Source: a virus
Virus genome (UHGV): UHGV-0313764
Length of the DNA stretch: 46,129 bases
Strand: one strand, 5' to 3'
The notes beneath the pieces are model-generated. The model did no database searches. It had not been told where the DNA came from and saw only the letters and a list, made by a program, of their open reading frames with translations. Shown piece after piece: positions 28,503 to 38,720 of this stretch. A program made the translations under genes and the position numbers. How positions within the stretch are numbered: position 1 is the first letter of the stretch; every line of letters begins with the position of its first letter.

Positions 28503-29573
28503 TTACACCGGAGTTTGCGTGCCGTAGCCGTTGAACACTTTGGATTTGCCGGAGAAATCGCGGCGAACCTGAAGCCCCATAGCAGACCACACGAGGAAGT
28601 TGAAATTAGCGTGCGGAGTGGTGCGTGGCTCTGCATAGGTGGATACCGGCTGAGCAACACGCGGACGGATGTACATGTCGTTGCGAACGTAGCCAACGAA
28701 ATGGTTACCAGTCAGCAGGAAGTTGGTGCCAATCTTACCAATGCGACCATTGCCGAACTGCGTGATGTACTGCTCAACGGTGCCACCTTTGAAGCCTGCC
28801 GCATCAGAATACGGACGCATGAAGCTGCGACGCACTGCCGGGGAAACCCACAGAGTCACCTGCTCAAATACGTTCTGCGCATCCAGAATAGCCTGGAAAT
28901 CCTGATTGAAGAAGGTCACGATTTCATCTGGCGTTGCGGTTTGCAGGTCGATATTCAGGCCGCCGGAAGCATTCAGGTTAACCTGAACAGTGTTCGGGTG
29001 GTTGGTGATGCCGTAGCCAGTGTAAACGCCGTTCACGTTCAGAGTCTGGTCACCAGTCAGCAGATACTGCGCCATATCGGAACGCAGGTTAAAGGTGACG
29101 TTAGCCTGATCGTCCAGCAGTGAGTCAAAACCTTCGGACTGCATACCCAGCAGTTCTCGCCATTCGCGGCCGTAGCCAGTTTTGAAGATTGGAATCACAT
29201 CTCCAGTGTAATCGTAGCGAGTTTTATCCAAATCTTCCGGCTCCTGACCAGACAGGGTGCGAACAACCTTGCCAGCATCGGAAGCGATGCGGCTGATTGC
29301 CACAGTCTTACCAATATTGATGTTTGCTGCGATGCCCATCAGGTCAGCCATCATGTCCTGACCAGCTTCGTTGCGGAAAACGCGGGTGGTGACGTTGTCA
29401 ACGTCGCGCCAGTAATCTTTCGTTACCAGTGCGGTAGCGTTAACGCCATAGGTTTTCGCCAGTTCAGCTTCTGCATCGCAGAACACTTTACGGTCGATGG
29501 TAAGATGTTTCCACTGGTCAGCCACCACTGCGGAGTTGGCTACCAGGTCTTTGGTAAAAATAATCTTTTCCAT
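28503..29573 (-). CDS. major capsid protein
   Basis: 356 aa. Position is immediately after the decoration gene and the protease-scaffold gene (lambda-like C-D-E order). Confidence 0.7.
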   Translation of the reverse strand: MEKIIFTKDLVANSAVVADQWKHLTIDRKVFCDAEAELAKTYGVNATALVTKDYWRDVDNVTTRVFRNEAGQDMMADLMGIAANINIGKTVAISRIASDAGKVVRTLSGQEPEDLDKTRYDYTGDVIPIFKTGYGREWRELLGMQSEGFDSLLDDQANVTFNLRSDMAQYLLTGDQTLNVNGVYTGYGITNHPNTVQVNLNASGGLNIDLQTATPDEIVTFFNQDFQAILDAQNVFEQVTLWVSPAVRRSFMRPYSDAAGFKGGTVEQYITQFGNGRIGKIGTNFLLTGNHFVGYVRNDMYIRPRVAQPVSTYAEPRTTPHANFNFLVWSAMGLQVRRDFSGKSKVFNGYGTQTPV

Positions 29574-29575
29574 TA

Positions 29576-31455
<1,880 letters not shown>

Positions 31456-31792
31456 GGTTAACTCTCCACGGTTAGTTTGTGGTCGAATTATAACACAGGG
31501 AGATATAGCACCATGAGGCGGTAGCCAGTGCAAACAATGGCGAATTGGTGAGTGCGTATAGCGTGAGAAAGAAAGTGATAGGGATTATGTTCATGGGCTA
31601 CCTCCTGATTAAATGATAGCAGCCCATGATGAACAAAAGATATACGGTGTTAGTCTGAAATCACATCATCCATGAATGCGAGCGCAGCACCTGAAAGACA
31701 GAACAGAGCGCCATAGCAAATCATCTGGTACAGAGTATCAGCCTCAAATACTCGCGCGAATGCGTAAGCTGACAATATCCACAGTAATGGAG

Positions 31793-32119
31793 TCATAACC
31801 CTGCCTCCTGCTTTGCGCGGTGCACGTATGACATAAACTTGCCAATAGGCATTTCCTTGCGGATTTGCGCCAGAATCGCTCCGTGAATCATCCTTTCTTC
31901 GCCAAAATACAGCTTATCCAGACGAGTTTTAATAAGTGCTCGCGTGCGCTTCATGTGATCGCGTGCCTTAAGTGCCTTCTCATGCCAGACGCGGTCGTTC
32001 TTCCTGTCTGCATATTGCAGTTGTCGTTCAACAGTTTCGATTTCAAACGCCAATTGCATACCATAATCTTCAAGCTGAATGATGTCTGCTTTCATAATGT
32101 CGTTTAACTGGATAATCAT
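31793..32119 (-). CDS. hypothetical protein (108 aa)
   Basis: ORF in the minus-strand accessory cluster. Coiled-coil-like sequence. Confidence 0.35.
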   Translation of the reverse strand: MIIQLNDIMKADIIQLEDYGMQLAFEIETVERQLQYADRKNDRVWHEKALKARDHMKRTRALIKTRLDKLYFGEERMIHGAILAQIRKEMPIGKFMSYVHRAKQEAGL

Positions 32120-32591
32120 TTTTTCACCTTTAAGCCTGCGTTTTCGATTGCTTCAATAACTTCATGATGTGCTTGTGCTGGTATATCAACACAGAAATCA
32201 CCCGGGGAGCACGGCTCTGGCAATTCAATCTCAATTGCTGCGCGAGATGCCTGCCATGCCATCCAGTACATCTCGACCATATTCACATATCTACTGTCCT
32301 TTGGGTTGCACCCGGTATATTCATAAAACCATTCGTTAAACTACTCTTTACTCGTCATATTCACTTCCTCCACTATCCAGCCCATCTCTTTACGGTTATT
32401 GGCAATAAACTCATCCGATGTTACAAACAGAGTTCTGCCAGATTTGTGCTTAATAGCCCATCTCATTTAGTACGTCCTCAGCAAGTTTGCGGAACATGAT
32501 TTGCACTCTTTCCACTTTGCGCCACTCAGCCTCAGTTAGAATCACATCCTCCTGCTGCGGAATTCCTGTCATTTCGCATGGCGGCAATGGA

Positions 32592-33086
32592 TCATACTCT
32601 TGCTTCTTGCGTTTTGTTTTTCCCATAATGACCTCTTGCGTTGCGAAGAAGTGAATTAAACAGATTGCTCACGTTTACTTCCTGCTCCTGCCATGAGTAA
32701 CGCCATAACTTCTTATGATGGTCATAGCTTCGCGTCACGTCACCGTTATGAAACATAATTCGGATGCGGCTTTTCACGATTCGGTAATCAATGCCAGTTG
32801 CGACGCTGATTTCTTTCACCTCTGCGCCAGCGTTATCAATCAGGTGACACTTAATTGCATCATCAATGCCTGCCGCATCGTCGGAGATAAAATACTTGTA
32901 CTGCCACTTGTTACCACGAATCACTGACTTCTCGCGGCGAATGAATCCAAGCGCAAGCATCTCATGAAGTCGATGCGTTGTGGTGCTTGAATGCTTTCCT
33001 CCGCAATGCTTTTCAATATATGCGCGAGTTGCTCCCGGGTGATTGACAATCACGCGCATGATTTGCGATTTATAGTCCATAATCAC
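32592..33086 (-). CDS. putative winged-helix DNA-binding protein (164 aa)
   Basis: N-terminal wHTH-like segment IMRVIVNHPGATRAYIEKHCGGKHSSTTTHRLHEMLALGFIRRE. Confidence 0.4.
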   Translation of the reverse strand: MIMDYKSQIMRVIVNHPGATRAYIEKHCGGKHSSTTTHRLHEMLALGFIRREKSVIRGNKWQYKYFISDDAAGIDDAIKCHLIDNAGAEVKEISVATGIDYRIVKSRIRIMFHNGDVTRSYDHHKKLWRYSWQEQEVNVSNLFNSLLRNARGHYGKNKTQEARV

Positions 33087-33315
33087 GCTCCTCTGCTGCC
33101 TGATTAAAGTCGTCAGCGGTGTAGAGGTGTCCTCCTCTTGTGTTCCATTGCGTAGCTGCTGCCAATTTGGTTACGTGAACGTCACTTGAGCATCCGCACG
33201 CACACATGGCGAAATACATCCCATTGTCGTTATATAATTTAACTTCATTGCTACCGCAGAATGGGCATTCAATCAGCATTTCATCATTCATCATCGGCAT
33301 GTGTGGCGCTGTCAT
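33070..33315 (-). CDS. Lar-family restriction alleviation-like protein
   Basis: 81 aa. CPFCGSNEV...MCACGCS...ATQWNTR matches the Lar family pattern (CPFCG...C..C....a...WN.R). Confidence 0.5.
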   Translation of the reverse strand: MTAPHMPMMNDEMLIECPFCGSNEVKLYNDNGMYFAMCACGCSSDVHVTKLAAATQWNTRGGHLYTADDFNQAAEERDYGL

Positions 33316-33542
33316 TTGGTCATATCCTTAAGTATCTTGTTCATGTTCAACTTACACAGTTTTATCAGAACTCGGTCGCGCCTGTATCTCCACTCCTTCT
33401 TATTGCGCATTGATTGTTTAAGCAGTGTGCGAAACGTAATATCCTGACGCTGATTTTTTGACTTCTTGCTTCTGCCATTGGACTCTCTGATGTCAGCTAA
33501 AATCAGGTCAACTAACGTGCTGAACTTTCTCATTTTATCCAT
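33312..33542 (-). CDS. hypothetical basic protein (76 aa)
   Basis: ORF with overlapping start/stop in an operon. Confidence 0.3.
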   Translation of the reverse strand: MDKMRKFSTLVDLILADIRESNGRSKKSKNQRQDITFRTLLKQSMRNKKEWRYRRDRVLIKLCKLNMNKILKDMTK

Positions 33543-33748
33543 TCTCCCAAGTTGTTAAATTTAGGCGTATCACCAGACCAGTCGATAACATCCCTCTGCT
33601 GACTGCGCTTGCGTTGCAGTCGGTTGCGCACTTCACGCAGTTCGCATTCAAGCCATTCGCGAGTGCGCTCAACTTCATTTAGCCGCTGGATTAACGATTT
33701 TTCGTACAGCTCATCTGTTTTCATTGGATGCTCCTCAAAATTTACCAA
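33530..33748 (-). CDS. hypothetical coiled-coil protein
   Basis: ORF. Likely internal start MKTDELYEK. Confidence 0.3.
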   Translation of the reverse strand: MVNFEEHPMKTDELYEKSLIQRLNEVERTREWLECELREVRNRLQRKRSQQRDVIDWSGDTPKFNNLGEWIK

Positions 33749-33968
33749 CCGTTGCCATTCTCAGCAGCTGAGGCAGCACCTCGGTTGAGTAATCGACCCG
33801 CCCCTGATGATAACCTTCAAGGATGGCGTTTTTGATATGCACAAGACACAGTTCAATATCTTCAGCGCTTAATCCGCGAGCTTCAAGCATGGAGCGTAAA
33901 TACTCGCATCTTTCTGTTATTACTTTTTCTACACTCATTTCCACATCACCTTTTCCGTTGTGGTACAA
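33735..33968 (-). CDS. hypothetical protein (77 aa)
   Basis: ORF. First gene of the minus-strand accessory cluster. Confidence 0.3.
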   Translation of the reverse strand: MYHNGKGDVEMSVEKVITERCEYLRSMLEARGLSAEDIELCLVHIKNAILEGYHQGRVDYSTEVLPQLLRMATVGKF

Positions 33969-34038
33969 TCTACGTCAATAAGTATTGACTAAATGATGTA
34001 GATTGGTCAACAATAATTTTCGAAAAGGAGTAGTAAAT

Positions 34039-34233
34039 ATGCCAAGACCACGACGAGAGCCGATGGACATTATCACCAGCATTGTGGAGAAGCGACAACC
34101 GCTGACACTCCGTGATGTTCGCTACTTTGCCCGTTGCTATGTGGCACTGGCTGATATGCCAAAGGATGAGATGTATGATTTGATTCGTGAGAATTTTAAT
34201 GTTGATGAAAATAACCGGGTGACGACAAAATGA
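34039..34233 (+). CDS. hypothetical protein (64 aa)
   Basis: ATG at 34039 with AAGGAG RBS. Confidence 0.45.
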   Translation: MPRPRREPMDIITSIVEKRQPLTLRDVRYFARCYVALADMPKDEMYDLIRENFNVDENNRVTTK

Positions 34234-34721
34234 AAAAATGGAAATACCTGAAAGGTTATGAGGATGATTTTGCTGGCCATGACACGGCTTGCCTTGTAGT
34301 TAAGTCAGGAAGTACTGGTGAGATTTTCTATCTAAGCATAGATTACGCTGGTCGCATTGAAGTGATTGAGGGTTGCGGGGATGTTGTTATTGCATACCGC
34401 GAGCCAATTACCGACGAGCAAGACCTCAACGATTGCATTGGTGCGCCGGAAGCAGATGCAACAGAGCAACTCATCACCGAACGCGGAAGTCGCTACGGCA
34501 AATTCAAAGATGGCGCTGAAATCATGCAGGAGTTGAAAGACGTAATGCGCGAGATGGATGGATGGCATAATCTGACACCAAGCCAACGCGAGGCGCTCGA
34601 CATGATTCAGCACAAGATTGGGCGCATCCTGAATGGCGACCCGACATATGACGATAGCTGGAAAGATATTGCTGGCTATGCGACGTTAATTGTTAATGAA
34701 CTGAACGGAGAGATTAAATAA
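34230..34721 (+). CDS. hypothetical protein with C-terminal all-alpha NTP-pyrophosphohydrolase-like (DUF6378-like) region
   Basis: 163 aa. C-terminal pattern ERGSRYGKF...W..LTPSQREALDMIQHKIGRIL resembles the phage DUF6378 / MazG-like all-alpha family. Confidence 0.35.
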   Translation: MKKWKYLKGYEDDFAGHDTACLVVKSGSTGEIFYLSIDYAGRIEVIEGCGDVVIAYREPITDEQDLNDCIGAPEADATEQLITERGSRYGKFKDGAEIMQELKDVMREMDGWHNLTPSQREALDMIQHKIGRILNGDPTYDDSWKDIAGYATLIVNELNGEIK

Positions 34722-35029
34722 TGTCATTCTGCGACATCACCATCGCGCAACGAAACGCGAACTATACCAATATTGCTGACACTTCCGCACAACTGGTATC
34801 ACTGAACAGCGACGGCAGTGCAGTGCTGAAAATCGGCACGGAAACAGCGCAATTCATCGTGCAGAATCTGTCACAGGCGAACGCGAAACAGGTGCTAATT
34901 AGCACTGGTAGCGTGCTGTTTCTGGCAGGTAATTACAATGCACCGAACCTTGAGTGTTCGCTGGTGCGCATCGTTGAGGCTGCGGTTGAGGAATCTGTTG
35001 ATGAACCAACAACGCTGCCAGCAGAGTGA
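34721..35029 (+). CDS. hypothetical protein (102 aa)
   Basis: ORF with ATGA-type overlap to its neighbours. Confidence 0.35.
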   Translation: MSFCDITIAQRNANYTNIADTSAQLVSLNSDGSAVLKIGTETAQFIVQNLSQANAKQVLISTGSVLFLAGNYNAPNLECSLVRIVEAAVEESVDEPTTLPAE

Positions 35030-35159
35030 GCCACCAAAACCATCGGCGTGGTGTGAGAAAATGGAGCGCAATGCAAAAGATGGTGATGAGGCTTATGCTT
35101 ATTTCCAGCTGAAACAGATGTGGAAGCAGAGGGAAAACTCAGAGCAAACAAATTAAATA

Positions 35160-35186
35160 CAAGCCCCATTACGGGGCTTTTTTCAT
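35160..35186 (+). terminator. Rho-independent terminator
   Basis: Hairpin AAGCCCC-atta-CGGGGCTT followed by TTTTCATCC. Confidence 0.55.
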
Positions 35187-35524
35187 CCCTTAAACTTTAT
35201 CCAGCCAAACATCCTGACACCAAGCCACATAACGCCAGCCCTCAACGATGATACTCCGCTATCCTTTAGCGCCTGCCTGAAGCAATCATCAGCGAAATGC
35301 CTGTCTGAATGGGTTGCATACAGATAATCATGAACAGCTGCCGCTTTCTGCCCCACATCACCAATAAAAGCGAACAGGTAAGGAAGCCGAGGAACGCTGG
35401 CGAAATCGGTGCGAAATCCTGCTGGCACTTTTATTTCCTGATGCCGAAACTCATAGATTAGCGGCTCAATCAGCGTCCATGTTGAGTTTTTGTTCAGCTT
35501 GACGATAAGGTCGGATTTGAACAT
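35183..35524 (-). CDS. DUF1353 family protein
   Basis: 113 aa. Motif DFASVPR...YLYA (G..TDGASIPR...HD.LY type) characteristic of DUF1353. Last gene of the lysis cassette. Confidence 0.5.
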   Translation of the reverse strand: MFKSDLIVKLNKNSTWTLIEPLIYEFRHQEIKVPAGFRTDFASVPRLPYLFAFIGDVGQKAAAVHDYLYATHSDRHFADDCFRQALKDSGVSSLRAGVMWLGVRMFGWIKFKG

Positions 35525-36013
35525 TTATTTTTGTCTCCTTGTCAGTGATTCGTATTGCTTCTGGCAGGTCAATCCTGCCTCTCTTGCCCTGTCAGCGTAA
35601 TCTGCCAGTTGTCGATTTCTCTCGACAGACTTCGCGAGCACGTCGGCAAGCAAAACTCCGGTTTCTGCGGCTGGATCGCCAATGGACTCAGTGGCGGAAT
35701 ATCCGACGAGCTGCTTGCGGATATTTGCGAGTTGTTGCTGCAACCTGCCAGACCTAGCAGCAGCATTGACAGCATCATTGCGCGCAGCATCAATCCTTTG
35801 CTGTGCGTCAGCCTGAATCTTTTGCAGTTCTGCATTACGTCGTTGCTCCTCTTTTTTGTCTGCTGCCTTTTGTTCGGCTATTGCTTGAGCTTTTCCTTCT
35901 GCGTATCGCTGGTCGCCGTACTCTGTAACCTCTCCGCGAATCCATAGCGCACCAGCAGCAACAATTATAATAATTGCCAGCGGTCGCCAGTATTTAGCGA
36001 GAATCGACATCAT
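35525..36013 (-). CDS. i-spanin (Rz-like): N-terminal TM plus coiled coil
   Basis: Start MMSILAKYWRPLAIIIIVAAGALW (TM) followed by a long charged coiled coil. An embedded lipoprotein ORF is present. Confidence 0.6.
   Translation of the reverse strand: MMSILAKYWRPLAIIIIVAAGALWIRGEVTEYGDQRYAEGKAQAIAEQKAADKKEEQRRNAELQKIQADAQQRIDAARNDAVNAAARSGRLQQQLANIRKQLVGYSATESIGDPAAETGVLLADVLAKSVERNRQLADYADRAREAGLTCQKQYESLTRRQK
35569..35790 (-). CDS. o-spanin (Rz1-like lipoprotein) embedded in the +1 frame of the Rz-like gene
   Basis: Lipoprotein signal MLSMLLLGLAGC with lipobox LAG|C, then a Pro/Ser-rich mature part. The ORF lies entirely inside the Rz-like gene. The exact start among M16, M20 and M24 is uncertain. 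Confidence 0.5.
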   Translation of the reverse strand: MLRAMMLSMLLLGLAGCSNNSQISASSSSDIPPLSPLAIQPQKPEFCLPTCSRSLSREIDNWQITLTGQERQD

Positions 36014-36153
36014 TGCGCAGCCTCCATATAAAACACCGACGAGTTGCAAACTGCACCAATTGCGAGCGACTTTTAAGTGCGCGCCACGCGGACTCAATAT
36101 CGTCTCCCCCGTTGGTTATGCGCACCCACTCCTGTACTAATATATCTCTTTGC

Positions 36154-36384
36154 TCACTCACCATTGCGCAGCCTCCGGTTTTCCTTTCTCATGCCGTGCA
36201 TCTTGCCGAGAATACCAATCAGCATGATTGAGTAGCTCACACCTTTGACCACGATTGGCGGTAGCGCTGCTTTCAGGTCGTCCGGCATCATTACCCATAC
36301 ATGCATCATTGCATCAGGCCATAGCTGCAACAGCGAGCAGAATGAAATCCATGCACCGAGCAGCCAGTTGCTTAGCTTTTTCAT
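36154..36384 (-). CDS. holin-like protein (2 TM, charged C-terminus)
   Basis: 76 aa. TM1 WLLGAWISFCSLLQLW, TM2 VSYSIMLIGILG, C-terminal tail KMHGMRKENRRLRNGE. ATGA overlap with the endolysin stop. Confidence 0.45.
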   Translation of the reverse strand: MKKLSNWLLGAWISFCSLLQLWPDAMMHVWVMMPDDLKAALPPIVVKGVSYSIMLIGILGKMHGMRKENRRLRNGE

Positions 36385-36848
36385 GCCACAGCCCCGCCAG
36401 CATCCTTGTATACCTGAATCAGCTTATCCAGTTTCTGCTCGTGCTGACCATAGCCAGCGCCCGGTAATGAAGCCCAGCGTGAGCGGCATTTATGGATGGC
36501 ATCAGCAATGCGACCAGCCTCAATATCTGCGGTGGCTTTGCATTCACGGATTAGCTGCATTGCAATGGCGTCCTGCGATGCGGGGGAGAAGTCAGGCAGG
36601 CGCAGTTGCTTTTTGTACGCGTCATAAAACTTAGCCAGTACCTGATAGCGTCCGGCGGCAGTGGATTTGATACCCAGCTTAGAAAGGCTAACCAGCTTGC
36701 GCGGATGATCGGAATAGTCGGTAAACAGTGAGCCACCGACAATCACATCATAGCCATTATTATTGGTTTTCTGTCGTCCGTTATCCGTGCCCTCACTGTA
36801 CGCCAGCATATCCAGAAACGCCTTCATGTTTTTACTAATAGCCATACC
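36381..36848 (-). CDS. endolysin, lambda R-type lytic transglycosylase
   Basis: KAFLDMLAYSEGTDNGRQKTNNNGYDVIVGGSLFTDYSDHPRKLV is almost identical to the lambda R N-terminal region as I recall it. The start MAISKN (ATG at 36848) has an AAGAGG RBS. Confidence 0.8.
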   Translation of the reverse strand, partial: GMAISKNMKAFLDMLAYSEGTDNGRQKTNNNGYDVIVGGSLFTDYSDHPRKLVSLSKLGIKSTAAGRYQVLAKFYDAYKKQLRLPDFSPASQDAIAMQLIRECKATADIEAGRIADAIHKCRSRWASLPGAGYGQHEQKLDKLIQVYKDAGGAVA

Positions 36849-37113
36849 AGTAAACCTCTTTTTCAGCCTTGCGTTTTGCTTTGTCGCCAGTCTTCTCGCC
36901 CCACACGATGAAATGCGCAACAGCACATGAGAAGCAGCGGAGATTGTGTTTCTTCAGGAGCGTTGATTTGCGGAAAGCGTCAATACCAATGTCGGTGGCG
37001 AGGCTTGTCAGTGCATCAAACTGATTCTGTGTTGTCTCGGTAGTGATGTAAGGAGATATATCTACGGCATCAGTGACTCCAAGTGTCTCCGCGCCGCGTT
37101 GCGATAGTTTCAT
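36835..37113 (-). CDS. N-terminally truncated GH24 (T4/P22-type) lysozyme-like protein lacking the catalytic N-terminal region
   Basis: 92 aa. TQNQFDALTSLATDIGIDAFRKSTLLKKHNL...FIVW..TG aligns with the P22 gp19 segment NQNQYDALCSLIFNIGKSAFAGSTVLRQLNL...FLLWKKAG. The ORF begins at roughly residue 40 of P22 lysozyme. A strong AGGAGG RBS precedes the ATG. The stop overlaps the R-like start. Confidence 0.5.
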   Translation of the reverse strand: MKLSQRGAETLGVTDAVDISPYITTETTQNQFDALTSLATDIGIDAFRKSTLLKKHNLRCFSCAVAHFIVWGEKTGDKAKRKAEKEVYWYGY

Positions 37114-37157
37114 TCTGCCTCCTGTTCAAATAATGATTAATTCTATCACAACAGGTA

Positions 37158-37188
37158 TTGACGTAGATTGAGCGGTGATGCATAGTAT
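37158..37188 (+). promoter_or_regulatory. sigma70-like promoter TTGACG-N17/19-(C)ATAGTAT (promoter-family member)
   Basis: TTGACGTAGATTGAGCGGTGATG CATAGTAT, followed by CTACATCA (inverted GTAGAT). Confidence 0.5.
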
Positions 37189-37218
37189 CTACATCAAATG
37201 ATGAGCGAGGTGATGAAG

Positions 37219-37371
37219 ATGAATCCACGCAATGTTACCTTTAGCAACGAATACGTATTTAATTCTCGTGAGTACCATTTTGCAAAGCGCCGCAACGAGG
37301 TTAAGCGTCTTATGGCCTGTGGATACACGAAGAAACGTGCGCAACAATTAGCAAAGAAGAATGGATATTGA
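37219..37371 (+). CDS. hypothetical small protein (50 aa)
   Basis: ATG at 37219 with GAGGTGATG RBS. Confidence 0.35.
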   Translation: MNPRNVTFSNEYVFNSREYHFAKRRNEVKRLMACGYTKKRAQQLAKKNGY

Positions 37372-37373
37372 TT

Positions 37374-37517
37374 ATGGTAATGATCAAATTCAAAGAAAAC
37401 GGACGCTGCGGAGTGTTCAACCTTGAGCAAGTCAAAATCCGTCCGTGCGGAAAAGTGGTTGCGCCATTTGGTCTGGTGCAGATGCGTGAAGTTGAGATTG
37501 TTGAATATATTAAGTGA
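37374..37517 (+). CDS. hypothetical small protein (47 aa)
   Basis: ATG at 37374 immediately after the previous stop. Confidence 0.3.
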   Translation: MVMIKFKENGRCGVFNLEQVKIRPCGKVVAPFGLVQMREVEIVEYIK

Positions 37518-37525
37518 GGTTGGTG

Positions 37526-37816
37526 ATGGAAGAATTTAAAGGTACGCCGGGTCCGTGGTTTTTTGATGAGACATTTAATGTTTATGAAGGTGACAGAGAT
37601 GGACATATTTGCACCGTCACGTCATGGCTTGATGAGTCAACTGCGGATGCTAATGGCTTCTTGCTTGCGGCATCTCCTGACCTGTTATCCTCGCTACAGC
37701 AACTACTGGAAATATACGACGACCACTCAGGCAAAGTCTGGACAACATCAAGCAAGCGCCGCGCTCTGGATAGTGCGCGCGCGGCGGTTAATAAAGCATT
37801 GGGAGAAACAAAATGA
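37526..37816 (+). CDS. conserved phage protein, FKGTxGPW...AAxPxLL family (paralog 2)
   Basis: MEEFKGTPGPW...ANGFLLAASPDLLSSLQQLL...AVNKALGE. Shared motifs with 25962..26300. Confidence 0.5.
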   Translation: MEEFKGTPGPWFFDETFNVYEGDRDGHICTVTSWLDESTADANGFLLAASPDLLSSLQQLLEIYDDHSGKVWTTSSKRRALDSARAAVNKALGETK

Positions 37817-38028
37817 GCTACCACCTGCAATGGCTTGAGTCTATGCACACGCTACATGGCTCTGTGGAAATTCTCTATGTTGTTGATGGCTATCAAATAC
37901 AGAGAAAATTTGATGATAGTAAAGTTGGCGAGCCAATAAAAGCAAAGACGCTTGAGGATTGCATCGACATTGCAATAGCAAACGAATGGAAGCCGCTAAC
38001 AATGAAAGACGTAAAGCCAAATTATTGA
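37813..38028 (+). CDS. hypothetical protein (71 aa)
   Basis: ORF with ATGA overlap. Confidence 0.35.
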   Translation: MSYHLQWLESMHTLHGSVEILYVVDGYQIQRKFDDSKVGEPIKAKTLEDCIDIAIANEWKPLTMKDVKPNY

Positions 38029-38040
38029 TGGAGAACAAAA

Positions 38041-38613
38041 ATGAAACTTATCGACCTGTTAGTTCAAGAATTACCTAGGCGTGGTGGGTGGCCTGAGGGT
38101 GTGACTCATATCGGACAAGATTATGACCGCGAACTTATGTTTTATGGTAGAGGGATAGTAATGACAGGAATCTTCCTTGATGAACTAGCAGCTGACCACA
38201 GAAAGTGTGGTGATGCTGGAGCAGGAATTACTCAACAACAATACGAATCAGCACTGGGAGCATCTCAAAATTCAGCATGGAACGGCGGAGGTTTACCACC
38301 AGTGGGGTGTGAATGTGAGTGTCATGTTGATGAGGGTGTAATTCATTGCATTGTGGTTGGTTATGATTTTGACGGAAAGGCTGTTGTGATGCGCAACGTT
38401 CCTGCCTGCAAATACTTCTCCATTCAAGCTAACTCAGGGCGCATAAAACCGCTGCGCACAGAAGCAGAAAGGAAGCGCGACGAGGCAGTAGAAGCCATTG
38501 GCTTTTATATGCCGGAATTTATTCCCGATACACCAAATGAGTTTTACCATGCAAAGAAAATTTACGACGCCATCGCAGCAGGCAAAATTCCCGGCGTGAA
38601 ACTGGATGATTAA
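38041..38613 (+). CDS. hypothetical protein (190 aa)
   Basis: Long ORF. Contains a Cys cluster GCECECH. No family recognised. Confidence 0.45.
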   Translation: MKLIDLLVQELPRRGGWPEGVTHIGQDYDRELMFYGRGIVMTGIFLDELAADHRKCGDAGAGITQQQYESALGASQNSAWNGGGLPPVGCECECHVDEGVIHCIVVGYDFDGKAVVMRNVPACKYFSIQANSGRIKPLRTEAERKRDEAVEAIGFYMPEFIPDTPNEFYHAKKIYDAIAAGKIPGVKLDD

Positions 38614-38687
38614 AACAATATTCAGCATCGTAGAGATATTGTGCTACGCGATAATAATATTTGTTCTGTGCATGCTGATAAGATAAA

Positions 38688-38720
38688 ACCAAGCCCTCAC
38701 TTGGAGGGCTTTTTGTTATT
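38688..38720 (+). terminator. Rho-independent terminator
   Basis: Hairpin AAGCCCTC-acttgg-AGGGCTT followed by TTTGTTATT. Confidence 0.55.

Noticed and set aside
28515-29123. 202-aa plus-strand ORF antisense to the capsid gene
   Set aside because: Embedded in the major capsid gene. No RBS. Treated as a shadow ORF.
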